Under the pieces are notes generated by a model that was given only the letters and a program-made list of their open reading frames with translations, made no database searches and was not told the origin of the DNA. 64,000 nt of DNA from contig NC_082732.1 in NCBI RefSeq assembly GCF_030144855.1, forward strand, positions 39,742,001 to 39,806,000, in the 5' to 3' direction. The translations under genes were made by a program, and so were the position numbers. Positions 50,501 to 62,230 of this stretch are shown here, one piece after another (within the stretch, counting starts at the first letter, position 1; every line of letters starts with the position of its first letter). The DNA comes from Hypanus sabinus (Eukaryota).

Positions 50501-53500
50501 CTTATTCGGATGACTGGTTACACACATTTGCTCAAAGCTTCGAAGCTGATCAGTGCAAGACAGAAATCCGAATTTATCATGTTACTCATTTTGTTACAGA
50601 AGCTGCCTGAGCTCACCAGTTCTCACTTTGCTTTCCAATCTTCAATTTCAGTATTTCTCTTATAGCAGCTTATAAAATTCTATAAAACTATAGAATGAAC
50701 TTCACCAATTGTAGACATCAGTTGCTGGATTACATGAGAATTTTAGGCTACCACAAACAAGGTAAAACTACAGCAGGCAGTTTAAATCAGATTGGGTGGA
50801 AGGATCCCAGACACACTGGTCAAGACAAAGACATTACTCTATTCAGATTAATACACTTGCTTCCTTGTTGCTGTCGTTATGTTAAGGGTACTGCCCATGA
50901 CAGTGCAAGCTACACAAAGCACGAGGTATTCTTTGCAAGATTACAATTTTAAGCACGACATGGCTCCCGTTCCTACTGATTTAAGAGAAAGATTCAGACT
51001 TTAAATCCTAGTAAAGCAAGAGGCATTATTCCAAAACAATTCCAAGGCTGCCATGTGTCAACAATGCACCATCCATCATCAAATCAGCTTTCAGTAAAGC
51101 AAAATTGATGTTCAATAGTTTCATGTTTCAAAAATTACAAGCATTTGAGGCTGTATGTTTCCCATTAAACCTCTAAAATAATCAAAAGTCCCTGAAGTTG
51201 CTAATGTATCACAATTGTGCAGTGTTTGTAGAAGGCAAGATTACCAGAAAGTCATTAAACATTCTTCAACAAGATACACCAACAAGGTCCATGAGAAGAT
51301 TGAACATGTATCACAATCTCCAGAGCTTTCTTTCAATGGCCATACAATGACAGAAGCACATTTCCTACAGTGCACTATCCGAATCTGGTTTATTATCACC
51401 GCCACGTGATGCGAAATTTGTTAACTTAGTTGCAGCAGTTCAATGCAATACATAATATAGAAAATAATAATAAATAACTAAATCTTATTCAGGATACTTA
51501 ATACAGTATACATATATTGAATAGATTCAAAATCATGCAAAAAACAGAAATACTAAATACTAAAAAAAGTGGAGGTAGCATCCAAGAGTTCAATGTCCAT
51601 TCAGGAATCAGATGGCAGAGGGGAAGAAGCTGTTCCTGAATCGCTGAGTGTGCGCCTTCAGGCTTCTGTACCTCCTACCTGATGGTAACAGTGAGAAAAG
51701 GGGCATGCCCTGGGTGATGGGGGTCCTTAATAATGGACGCTCCCTTTCTGAGACACCGCTCCTTGAAGATGTCCTGGGTACTTTGTAGGCTAGTACCCAA
51801 GATGGAGCTGACTAAATTTACAACCTTCTGCAGCTTCTTTCAGTGCTGTGCAGTAGCCTCCCCACCCCCATACCCGACAGTGATGCAGAACTGTCAGAAT
51901 ATTCTCTACAGTACATCTATAGAAGGCCTTTAGATGACTGATACAATAATGTTTGAAAAGTCAATACTTTAAAAGATAGAGATAACTTTTCTTTGTCACA
52001 TGTACATTGAAACATGATGAAATGCATTGTTCTGTGTCAAAGTTCAGTACAGTTACTATCAAAGCATACTACATACAACCCTTGAGATTCATCTCCTTAT
52101 GGGCAACCACAAAACAAAGAAACCCAATAGAACCCGTTAAGAAGATTATACACCAAACATACAGAAAAGAAACAAATTGCGCAAACAATGAAAGTAAACA
52201 AATAATAGTCAGAATTGAAGTTCACGAAAGTGAGTTCACAGTCATGACACCAGTCACAGCCAATTCAGGAGCCCCTTAGTTGCAGCTCCCAGCTTCAGTT
52301 CAGTGCAAAGATGAGTAAACCTCGTGGAGCAGCAAGCTGAACTCCAGCTCGTCTCTCTCCTCTGGCCCCGACATCTTGACCTTTTTAATCTGGCCCACCT
52401 CTGCCACTTCAATAGGTTTCAGGCCCAAAGCACACAGAGGAGAAAATCCACAGAGTCAAAGGAGAGCATACAAACTCCTTACAGATAACACTGGAAATTA
52501 ACTCCAATGCCCCAAACTGTTTAGAGTTATGCTGACCTCTACACTACCATGGCACCCCTTCCACCTGGTCACAGGACACTACACGATACAGAGCTGGAAA
52601 ACCAGAGGTTGCATTCAATGACATTTGCCAATTTCACCCTAACACGGACAAACAGGTGCTCCACTTTCCTCTCAGTCCAAAGATGCACAGATAGCAGATA
52701 AATTGGTCATTGTAAATTGTCCTGTGATTAGGTGAAAAGGTGGGTTGTTGGGAAGTACAGCTTGTTGTATGATGGGTAGTCACTCTTTGAAAAGTGGGTT
52801 CTTGACTGGTTACTAATCCTGGCTTTCTAAATTACTGCGTCTGCCACTTGTAAGATCACAAGCAGCTGTAAGTAAACTTTCAACTAAATTTAGAAAAGGA
52901 AATCAGTTTTCCTGTCGTAATGCAAACAGAAAGCAGTAATCAGCTTGAAGTTAAAACACAGATTTGCAAACAAGCACTGTCTGTGGAAGCAGATGTTAGT
53001 CACTACACCTGCTTTATCGCTGCTCAAGAGGTCAGAATAAAACAACGGACTGTTAATTGGAGTTGTTTCAAAAATACAAACTGACTCTCAAGTTGCATAG
53101 TTCAAGGAAAGTTGCAGAACAGATGGATAATACCATTTAATATAACAATAACTGATATTTATATTTGGAAGGTTTCTGTAGGAAGTTAGTTTCCCCACAT
53201 TTACAGTATTAATGGAGGTAGCTGAAGTAGTATGGCTCCCAAAAAAAATTAGACTGTTTGCACTAGAAGGATATCTGAGGAAATATCGTGTGTGTGTGTG
53301 AAGTCACCCAAGTGGTAGAAAAAGAGTACAAATATCTTATAGTCTTACAGCAGCTTTGTTTGTTTGGAATGGGGAATTGAACATCAAGAAGAAACATGGA
53401 AAACAAACAGTAAACTAGAATCCATTTCTCCAGCTTCAGTATCTGCAATGGACAATGTATTCGTCTGCATCATGGCATGTCTTTTCAGTTATAGGAATTG

Positions 53501-53954
53501 TACCCATGTTTTGGAAATCTTTTACCCTTTGCACCTTAGAAATGCTTTGTCCTTTATGTTTTTGTGTCTTGGAAATGGTTTGTAATCTGGAAACGTTTAT
53601 GATGGAAATCCTGAGTTTTAAAACATGTTTTAAGAATGCTGTTTGCATTTAAATGTTATCACTAAATAAATGAACTTTATTTTAAACTATTTTGTTAGCT
53701 GGAGGCATCTGCTCCTTGGTAGGGACAGGGGAACAAACGCTGGGCATCGGCAGCTAAATTTGGCGTGGAGAATAAACAAGGAAGTAAACTAGTCTTTGAA
53801 GATTGGATAGTTACAGTATAATCTCCCTTTAGTGAATACTTGTGGCTATTTGTATCTGATAAGAACTTAAGTCAACAAACCCAATATACCTGTGCCAGAA
53901 GGGCCTGTTCCATGCTACATCTCTAAATAAAAACAGGATATTGTGTCAAGATGA

Positions 53955-54432
53955 ACCCAGCCTCAGGGCGGAGGAGCAACACCTTTTCCCACCTGAGTAG
54001 CCTCTAACGTGATGGCACGAATATCAATTTCTCCTTCCTGTGAACAAATTCCACCCCCCTCTTCTATTTCACACTCTGACCCTTTACCTCTTTTCACCTG
54101 CCTATTACTTACCCCTGGGTCCCCCCGCTCCTTCCCCTTTTCCTATGGTTCACTCTCCTTTCCTATCAGATTCTTTCCTCTCCAGTCCTTGACCTTTCCT
54201 ACCTACATGGCTTCACCCATTACCTTCCAGCTAGCCTCCTTCCCCTCTTCCCCCTCCTCCCACCTTTTTATTCAGGCATATTCCCCCTTCCTTCTCAGTC
54301 CTGTAGAAGTGTCTCAGCCCAAAACATTGACTATCTGTTAACTTTTATAGATGCTGCCTGATCTGCTGAGTTCCTCCAGCACTTTGTGTGTGTTGTTTTG
54401 GATTTCCAGCATCTGCAGACTTTCTAGTGTTT
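53955..54432 (+). mobile_element. Penelope-like element 3' fragment (representative; related copies at about 27375-27685, 37160-37545, 40415-40985)
   Basis: Degenerate EEQHL..LSSL*RDGTNINFS resembles a GIY-YIG C-terminal LxPxGxN motif. It is followed by a pyrimidine-rich tract and the recurring gatgctgcctgatctgctgagttcctccagca terminus. Confidence 0.6.
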
Positions 54433-57270
54433 ATAAAACAGGATTTTTTGGACTTCACTTTGGATAATCTGGCCCCATGATCAAGAGGAAACCAGCTGAT
54501 CTGCCATCAATTACACTTTAAAATTTACAACCAAAACATTAGTTTCATTTCCAGCATTATTACAAAACAGCTGAGGCTTATTATTGTCTCCACACAGTGC
54601 ACCAATCTGCACAAGAGGACATTGAGAGTGGTGGAGACATTGTAGAGAGCATCACTAATTTGTTAAATAACTTAACAGCGCTGAAAATCATGAGTTTCCT
54701 CCAATGAGGAGCCAAATGTTGAGGACTCAAGCTCCATTAAAAGGCAATTGAAGTTTATCAGAAAAGATTAATTGGCCAGCAAAAGGTATTTCAATATCAA
54801 TTCAGAACTACTTAAATTCGAGAGGACCAACTAGAAGTAGAAAATATCTTTAAGCAGTTAATTGCTGAAAGCACATTAATGTCTGTAGAGAAACATTCTC
54901 TACGACAAGATTTCACATGGAAGATTTAGCAGATAGCTACCAAAAGGTGACTTTTAATAATGCAAGGGCATTTGGGGGGGGGGCAGGGGGAAGAAGATCA
55001 GGAATTCCTTCTCATCCAGTCTTGTACCTTTAGAAGATGTACAGGGCCAAGTCTTTAAATATATTCAAGCTAGAAACAGAACTGAACTATTGTGTTACAA
55101 TGGACAGAAAAGCAAGTGGAATTGAGGCCAAGCTCAGGACATGATCATACTAAATGGTGGAATGGGTTCAAAAGACCCATCTCTTGCATTCTTAACCGCA
55201 GAAGTAATAGCAATGTCTGGTCCTATTTGCATCACCGACCAAAAGATGAATGTATAACTGTGACCAACAGACCACAATGTTGCATCTTGAACTTCAGGTA
55301 TTCTTTCTTTAAAAGTGCTTTGCTGCACTGCAGCCAACTTTTATGATTGACATCCCTGGAGGCTTGCCATGAACTATAAATTGTTCAAAGCCTGTGGCAC
55401 TTACAACTTAAGTGTCCCTGGAGGTAGACCCACCCTCTGAAAAAGAATCAGAAGTCGATATCCAAGTACACCAGAATGCATGAGAAATGCTGCATACACA
55501 GTGCCCCTAGCATACTCAAAAAACCCCCTCCCATCCTTCTCACAATCTTTGACCTCCTGCCATCTAGCAGAAGGTACCACAGCACAAGAACCTAGAACTA
55601 TCAGGCTGGGTAACGGCTTCTTCTCCGAAGCTGTTAGACTTCTTAACTCACAGCCGAAATGCCCTGCCATCTTCTTCCCCCCCCCCCCCCCACACTACTC
55701 CCCAACTCAGATACTCATCCTGCCCAAGCCACTTTTCATCTTACGGCTGCTGTTTTACATTTATACAACTGCTTGTTTTATTATAATAGTGTCAGTCACA
55801 CTGTACGGTCTTACATGCTCTTCAGACTATCAAGCCATCAATTTTCAGGCCGTGATACTCGGGGACTTGTGTGGAAATTATATTGAGTCTGTATGTGCTG
55901 GATCGTAACTACATGCGCTGTGTATGACTGCGTACTGCGTTTTGCATCTTAGCCCCAGAGGAACATTGTTTTGCTTAGATGCATGTTTAAATGGCAATAC
56001 ACTTGAACTTGAAGACAGTGCTGAGTCTTTCTAGTCACAGCACCAAGAGGCTCACCGACCTACAGAAGCTAATACCAATATAGGTATTAGTAGATCACAG
56101 ACTGAGGAACAGCGAAAATGTGTGTCATCTCTGAAACTGGTCCATACCAGTAGAATGGGGCTAATACAGAAACCAGTTTTAAAAGTCTCCAGAAGAAATG
56201 ATTCAATACAGTCAAAGCTCCCAAGACTCAAAATCCAGCCCAAGTTCAGCTTGGCAGAGCACAACGGTAAACAGGAAGGACTGAGCAAAGCTGAAGAGGC
56301 CACCTGATGTAAACCTGGCACCCTGAACATTTAGGCTAGCTGCAACTGTGGTAGCGTACAGGATCCCACCCGAGACAAGTTAATAGTCTCAGAGGGGCAT
56401 TTTACATTAGCTTTATGAAGATTAGCATTATTTATCACGTGTACACCAAAGAAAGTGAAACGTATCACTTTGCAGTAAGGATGGTGTGTGCAACCCACAA
56501 GTGTCACCACACTTCTGCTGCCAACATAGCATACCCGCAAAGCTTAACCCCAACCATATGTCTTCAGAATGTGGATTTCTTCCCACATTGCAAAGACATA
56601 TGGTTAGGGTTAAAGACTGGACCACCCAAGGAGACACGGTGTACAAGCTCCTTACAAAATCAAGCCCCATTCTTACAGCTGACTCTGTAAAGTGTTGCAC
56701 TAGCCACTATGCTGCCTAGTCTGGTATTTATGATCATCGACTTTTAAAAAAAATCCAACTGAATAGGGTTAATATTGAGAGCAATGGCCGAGATGTTTGA
56801 AGGAAAAAAACTTTGGGCTCCTTATAAATGCAACACTAAGAAAGGCAGAGTAACAGGTTTAACTTAACACAAACTAAACCAACAGCAACAAAGAGAATGA
56901 CGTGAATACTGGTGACAATGGGTTGCCAGAAATGCAGAGTCACGCTACTGTGAAAATGCGCAAACACAAAGCACTAGGACAAGTTCCTTCTAATATAATG
57001 AATTGTGCATGCCTCAAAGAATGTTTATGGCTTATGGACTACGATGGATGGGTTTGGGAACTGATGAACAAAATCTGGTGCAAACCACTCAAACAGGACA
57101 AGTCTGATGATTGAAGTACAACTGATCACAGAGCACTCTTAACACATTAGCGTTCTCAATACCACAGAGCAGCAACATTATGTTGACAAAACCACCCACA
57201 CTTTACATTTAAACATCCCCCTTGAAGTTGCATTAAGCAGTTTTTTGGGGGCATTATCAAAAATCTGGTG

Positions 57271-57458
57271 TTTGTACATAGTTTTTTTCCTTTTGCTTGT
57301 TTTTTTCTTTCCGCTCTTTTCTATAAGTGTATACCTCAGATAAATACTTTGTGGAGATTTGTGACATATATGATTATATGATATATATGTACAATGTCTG
57401 AAATACATCTTATGGAAATGTTTGATGACGAACTTCAATAAAAAATAAATTACAAAAA
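57271..57458 (+). mobile_element. 5'-truncated polyadenylated retroposed fragment (L1/Tx1-like 3' end)
   Basis: Ends AATAAAAAATAAATTACAAAAAAAA; flanked by a near-perfect TSD aaatctggtg (57261-57270) / aaacctggtg (57459-57468). Confidence 0.7.
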
Positions 57459-59639
57459 AAACCTGGTGCAACTTAATTTCCAGGAACCTTTCAAAGCTTA
57501 TCTGCAGTCCAACCTGTAGCGGTTCCCATGACACCAAGAATCTTTTCTGCCCCAAAGAAGTGGCATCCATCATAAAAGATCCCCACTACACAGAATATGG
57601 GCTCTTCTCATGACTAACGTCAGAGAGGTACAGGTACAGATACACACACATTTTAAAAGCAGCTTCTCTTCCCTCAGATTTCTGAGCAGACAAGTGAACC
57701 TGTGAACACTACCTCACTATTTTATATACATTTCTTATTGCAATTCATAGCATATTTTACAAATCACACTGTACTGCTGCCACAGAGTTACAAACTTTAT
57801 GATATATGTCCATGATAATAAGACTTCATTTAGTCTTGGACAGCCAATTCTGCAAATTACCCATTACCAGAGAAAACTTATGCCCAATTTCAAATTCCTT
57901 GTACTCAAAACGGAACACATTTGTAGCATCATCCACTACTTCTCCTTTAGTAAAATTTGCATACCCACCCCTAAACCACACACAACCTACAGTTGGATTC
58001 CCATAGAGAAATACTGTAAAACTATGACAGAAAGTGACAAGCATAAACCAGCGCCTTTACCCCCATCCCCCCCACCCACCCCAAGCAGAAATGATGACGG
58101 GCACAATTTTAAGGAGATTGGTGGAAGGTATGGGGGGGGTGCAGAGGTAGATTTTTTTAAATAACAGTTATAGTACATGGACCACACTGCCAGAGGTGGC
58201 AGTAAAGGCATTCGAGAGATCTGAAATTCTCGGATAGGGATATAGAGGATAGAAAAATGAAGGGCCATGTAGAAGGGCAGGATTAGATTGATCTTAAGAG
58301 TCAGTTAAAAGTTCAGCACAATATCACAGGCTGAAGGGTCTGTAACTGTGCTGTAATGTTCCCTGTTCTCTGAACTGCTACAAGCACGTCTCATTTATCT
58401 GTTAAGTCTTATAACAGTGATTGGCAGCCTATTCAGATCTATTGTACATCTTTAGTTTTCTGCGAAAACCTGCAAGAAAATGAATCTTGGTGTAGTATTT
58501 GGAGACATGCACTTACTTTGCTAATAAACTTTGCATTTCTGAATTTGCTTCCCCCCCTCATCCCATTTAGAAATTGGCCTACTCCCTAAAAGGCATAGAT
58601 CGGGTAACTTTTTCTACCTGAGGCGATAATGGGGGGCATAATTTAAGGAGCCTGGAGGGAAGTACAAAGAGGCAAGTTCTTCACAGGGTGGTGCGTGCAT
58701 GGAACACTGCCAGGAGTGGTAGTAAAGGCAGATACATTATAGACATCTGAGATTCTTGGATTGGTACATGGATGAAAAGTGGAGGGAAGGGTTAGATTGA
58801 CCTTGGTGTCAAAGGGTCAGCATTAAATTATGGCTGAAAGACCCGAACTGTGCTATATTCTAACTGACGATACCCCATTGTTTGGGAAGCGGTGAATGAT
58901 GAGCCAGATGCAGAAACTGCGAGATTTCTAAACTCCCTTGACTGGAAAAACCATCAAAAAAATGCAAGTTAAGCATGTTAGAGTATTACAAGAATTATAT
59001 CCAATATCTTGAAAAATCTGCCAATTTAGCAGAGCTCTAAGATTAGAGCTTCACTTGAATTTCATCATAGAACAGATGAAGAATTGAAGGGAGAATCTGA
59101 ATCAGGTTTAATATCACTGACATATGCATTGAAATATGCTTACACCAGCAGCACAAAGCAACACATAATAAAAACTTATTGCAATATATAAATAGAATAT
59201 GAAACTAAATTAATGCAAAAAGAGAAAAAATGGTATATGGGTTCACTGTCCATTCAGAAATCTGAATAATTCAAGATTACTTGAATATTACTGCAACTTA
59301 CACTCACACAATGAACCCAGAGACAAATTTATAATTCCTTTCCAAGATTTTTTCCCTTCCTCACCCTTCTGCAGTTACTATTTTTAGCAACACTGGAAGA
59401 TCCAAGCCAAAAATACACATCAGTTGCACAGTTTAGAAAAAATACACAAAGAAACTCCGACCAAGCTACAGATGCATGTACACATTCCCCAGCTGTGAAA
59501 ACTACTGAACACAACTGCAGGGAACATGGATCTGAGGAGGTTTGTCTTAAAAGGATCCACATTTGCAGTGTTGCTACACTCAAGCGAGCAGAAGTGTGGG
59601 AAAAGTACTGCACATAGGATTGAATACAGCAAATGAGCA

Positions 59640-60065
59640 CAATAGGACAAACTTGGGGTGCTTTCTCTGGAGTGGCAGAGACTGAGGGGAGATCTGATAG
59701 AGTATATACAATTGTGAGAGGCAGAGTAAACAGCCAGTATCTTCCCCCCTCTTGGTAGAAATATCTAAAACATCGAGAGCATGCATTTAATTTTAGAGAG
59801 GTTATTTCAAAGGAGATGTGAGCAGCAAGTGTTTTGTTTTAAATACACAACAGAGTGCCTGGAATGTGCTGTCTGGGGTAGTAAAGGCAATTACATCAGG
59901 GGCGTTTAAGACACGTTTAGACAGGCACATGTATGGGAGGAAATGGATGGATATAGATATTGTGTAGGCAGAAGAAATTGGTTGGCCATTTGATTACTAA
60001 TTGTCTGGTTTGAATGGCACAACACTGAGTCGAAGGGCCTGTTCATGTGCTGTGCTGTTCTATGT
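59640..60065 (+). mobile_element. CR1-type LINE 3' fragment
   Basis: ctgagggggagatctgatagagtatatacaa (RGDLIE) and the gaagggcctgttc..tgtgctg tail. Confidence 0.8.
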
Positions 60066-60578
60066 TACATGACACAAGACTGAATCACAGACAAGAAACG
60101 GCTGATGCTGGGGGAGAAAAAAACACTACTGGAGAAACTCAACAGACCAGGCAGCATCTGAAGAGGAATATGGAACTCATTGTTCCAGAATCAAACTTGT
60201 TATCACTGGCCTGAAGTTTGTATGTGGCAGCATCAAAAGAAAAAGTGATCATATATTATAAAAGTCATCAGCGCAAAAATAAGGAAAAACAGTGTAGTGT
60301 TAGTAGTAGCCTGGATAAGATCATAACACATGGGAACAGAATTAGGCCATTCAGCCCATCAAGTCTGCTCCATCATTCAATCATGACTCATCTATTATCC
60401 CTCTCAACCCCCTCCTCCTGCTTTCTCCCTGTAACCTTTGATGCCTTTACTAATCAAAAACCCATCAACTTCCACTTTGGAACATGCAGCCACATTTGTG
60501 GCCTGAACATTTGTAGCAATGAACTCCAGACTGACCATCCTCTGGCTAAAGAAATTCCACCTCATACCTGCTCTTAAA

Positions 60579-60791
60579 GCCGGCCAGAGGTGCAGTGGCA
60601 TAAGCACCAGACTCAGAGGCAAATGGTCCCGGGTTCGAATCCAGCCGGCTCCGGAACAGTTTCCATCCATGCTGGGTTGAGCGTCAAACTAGTAACTCAG
60701 TCTCGTTTTTAAAAAAAGCTGTCAAATGCTACGGAAATGGCAAAAATGCCACCTGATGCGCCATGAGGCACAAAAAGAAACAATGACAACA
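60579..60791 (+). mobile_element. tRNA-derived SINE nested in a CR1 fragment
   Basis: A-box-like GGTGCAGTGG, perfect B-box GGTTCGAATCC (60632-60642), agccggc/gccggct acceptor-like stem and an A/CAA-rich tail. The flanking CR1 sequence resumes after it. Confidence 0.75.
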
Positions 60792-61779
60792 TCTGTTCAA
60801 AAGGGCCATCCTTCTAACCTGAGGCTGTGCACTCAAGCTTTAGATTCCCCAACAATGGGAACATCCTCAGCACATCCACTCTATCCAGACCTTTCAACAT
60901 TAAATAGGTTTCAATGAGATCCTCTCCTCCAGCCCAGTTCTTCTAAACTCCAGTGAATACAGGCCAATACGATCAAGCACTCCTCAGATGAAGGATCTCA
61001 ACCTGAATGGCAACTGCCCTTTCCCCATCCACAGATGCTGCCTGATCTTCTGAACCCATCCAACAGATAGCTTTGGAACCATTTAGAGAATGCACTCTCT
61101 TACTAAAAATATATAGGCTGGAAATATCTTGTGGGGACCAGCAGTGTTCAGGTAGGAGCAAGACACCTGAAAAGTTAATTCTAGGGCGAGGGTACTGGAT
61201 AGGATGTTGATTGCCAATGAAACTTAATACTGCACATGTACAATACATGTACCAGCTTCCAGTCTACACATTAAACCGCAGTAGCAGCTGCCCTCAAGTG
61301 GACAGAAGAAACCCTACCACAACATCCCGAAGAGCTGGCAAATTCAAATCCCCATCATCCGGGGAAAGTTTTTCCTCTCCGCCAACATCACTTAACAGGT
61401 TTAAACACTACGGACTTTAAAACATTGGTTTGGAAACGAAGGTTGCGCGCACAACACCGTGTGTCACATTTCTGGACATGTCAAGGCGTTAGGAGAGAGC
61501 GTGTGACATATCTGCAAAAATAATATAGAAAAGGCACTTCAATTATAGAAAACAAAACAGGGAGGATGGAGTTCTTGGCATAAAGAAGGTTGTAAATCGA
61601 GGGTCCTCTGTATCAGTGATCCAGGATCAGTGGACAGAGACGGCAGGACCGTAAAGAACTGACAGGGGGACTTTACAAAGTTACCTGGGGGTGCAAAGTT
61701 TTTGTTTTGAGTTAATGGTAAGCATCTGGATCACTGACAAGGGTCAGTACAGACCCGACAGGCCGAATTATTATCAGCA

Positions 61780-62230
61780 TTCCCCCCCCCCCGCCCCCCA
61801 AATTCGTCCGCTAAACGGCGGTCGCAGCGTCCCGGAGGCCGCCACAGAAATGCAGAGCGGCGCCTGCGGGTCACGCAGCTGTCACGGCCCCGAGCTCCGG
61901 GTGGGAGGGTCTCGGCCGAGCGGCGGCATCAAGAGCGGGGAGAGGGTCCAGCCGAGACCCGGGGGGGGGCCGCCGACAGCGGCACCGCACCGCCACACGG
62001 CCCGGTCCCGGGGGGAGGATCCGAGCGGTCCCTTTGTGCGGCCGAAACCCATCCTCCCGTCCCCGAACCCCGGGGCTCTCCCTCGCCCCCGTTACCTGCC
62101 CGGCTCCCACCGCCGCTCCTCAACGCACAGCCGAGAACTCGATCGATGCACAACGATCGTTTATGGCGGCAACTCGTTCCCACCCCCTCTGGCCGTCTTT
62201 TATCCGCCGCCAAGCTCTGCCCGACGCCGT
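61780..62230. promoter_or_regulatory. CpG island / promoter region
   Basis: Abrupt GC- and CpG-rich segment (cggcggtcgc, gccgccgac, ccgcaccgcc) in an otherwise CpG-depleted AT-rich window, with no transposon similarity. Confidence 0.8.
62096..62220 (-). other. SPSB1: Probable non-coding exon 1 of the SPSB gene (5' boundary approximate)
   Basis: Minus-strand donor GGGCAG|GTAACG (GT at 62095-62094) inside the only non-transposon CpG island. SPSB1 genes have a non-coding first exon and a long first intron. The link to the coding exon is inferred. Confidence 0.6.

Noticed and set aside
60579-60655. Functional tRNA gene
   Set aside because: The anticodon arm is poor, there is no adjacent T-run terminator, and it continues into a SINE body inside a LINE fragment.
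4778-61700. Numerous 60-166 aa ORFs in the intron
   Set aside because: They have no recognisable domains other than degraded LINE/transposon peptides and no consistent exon structure.
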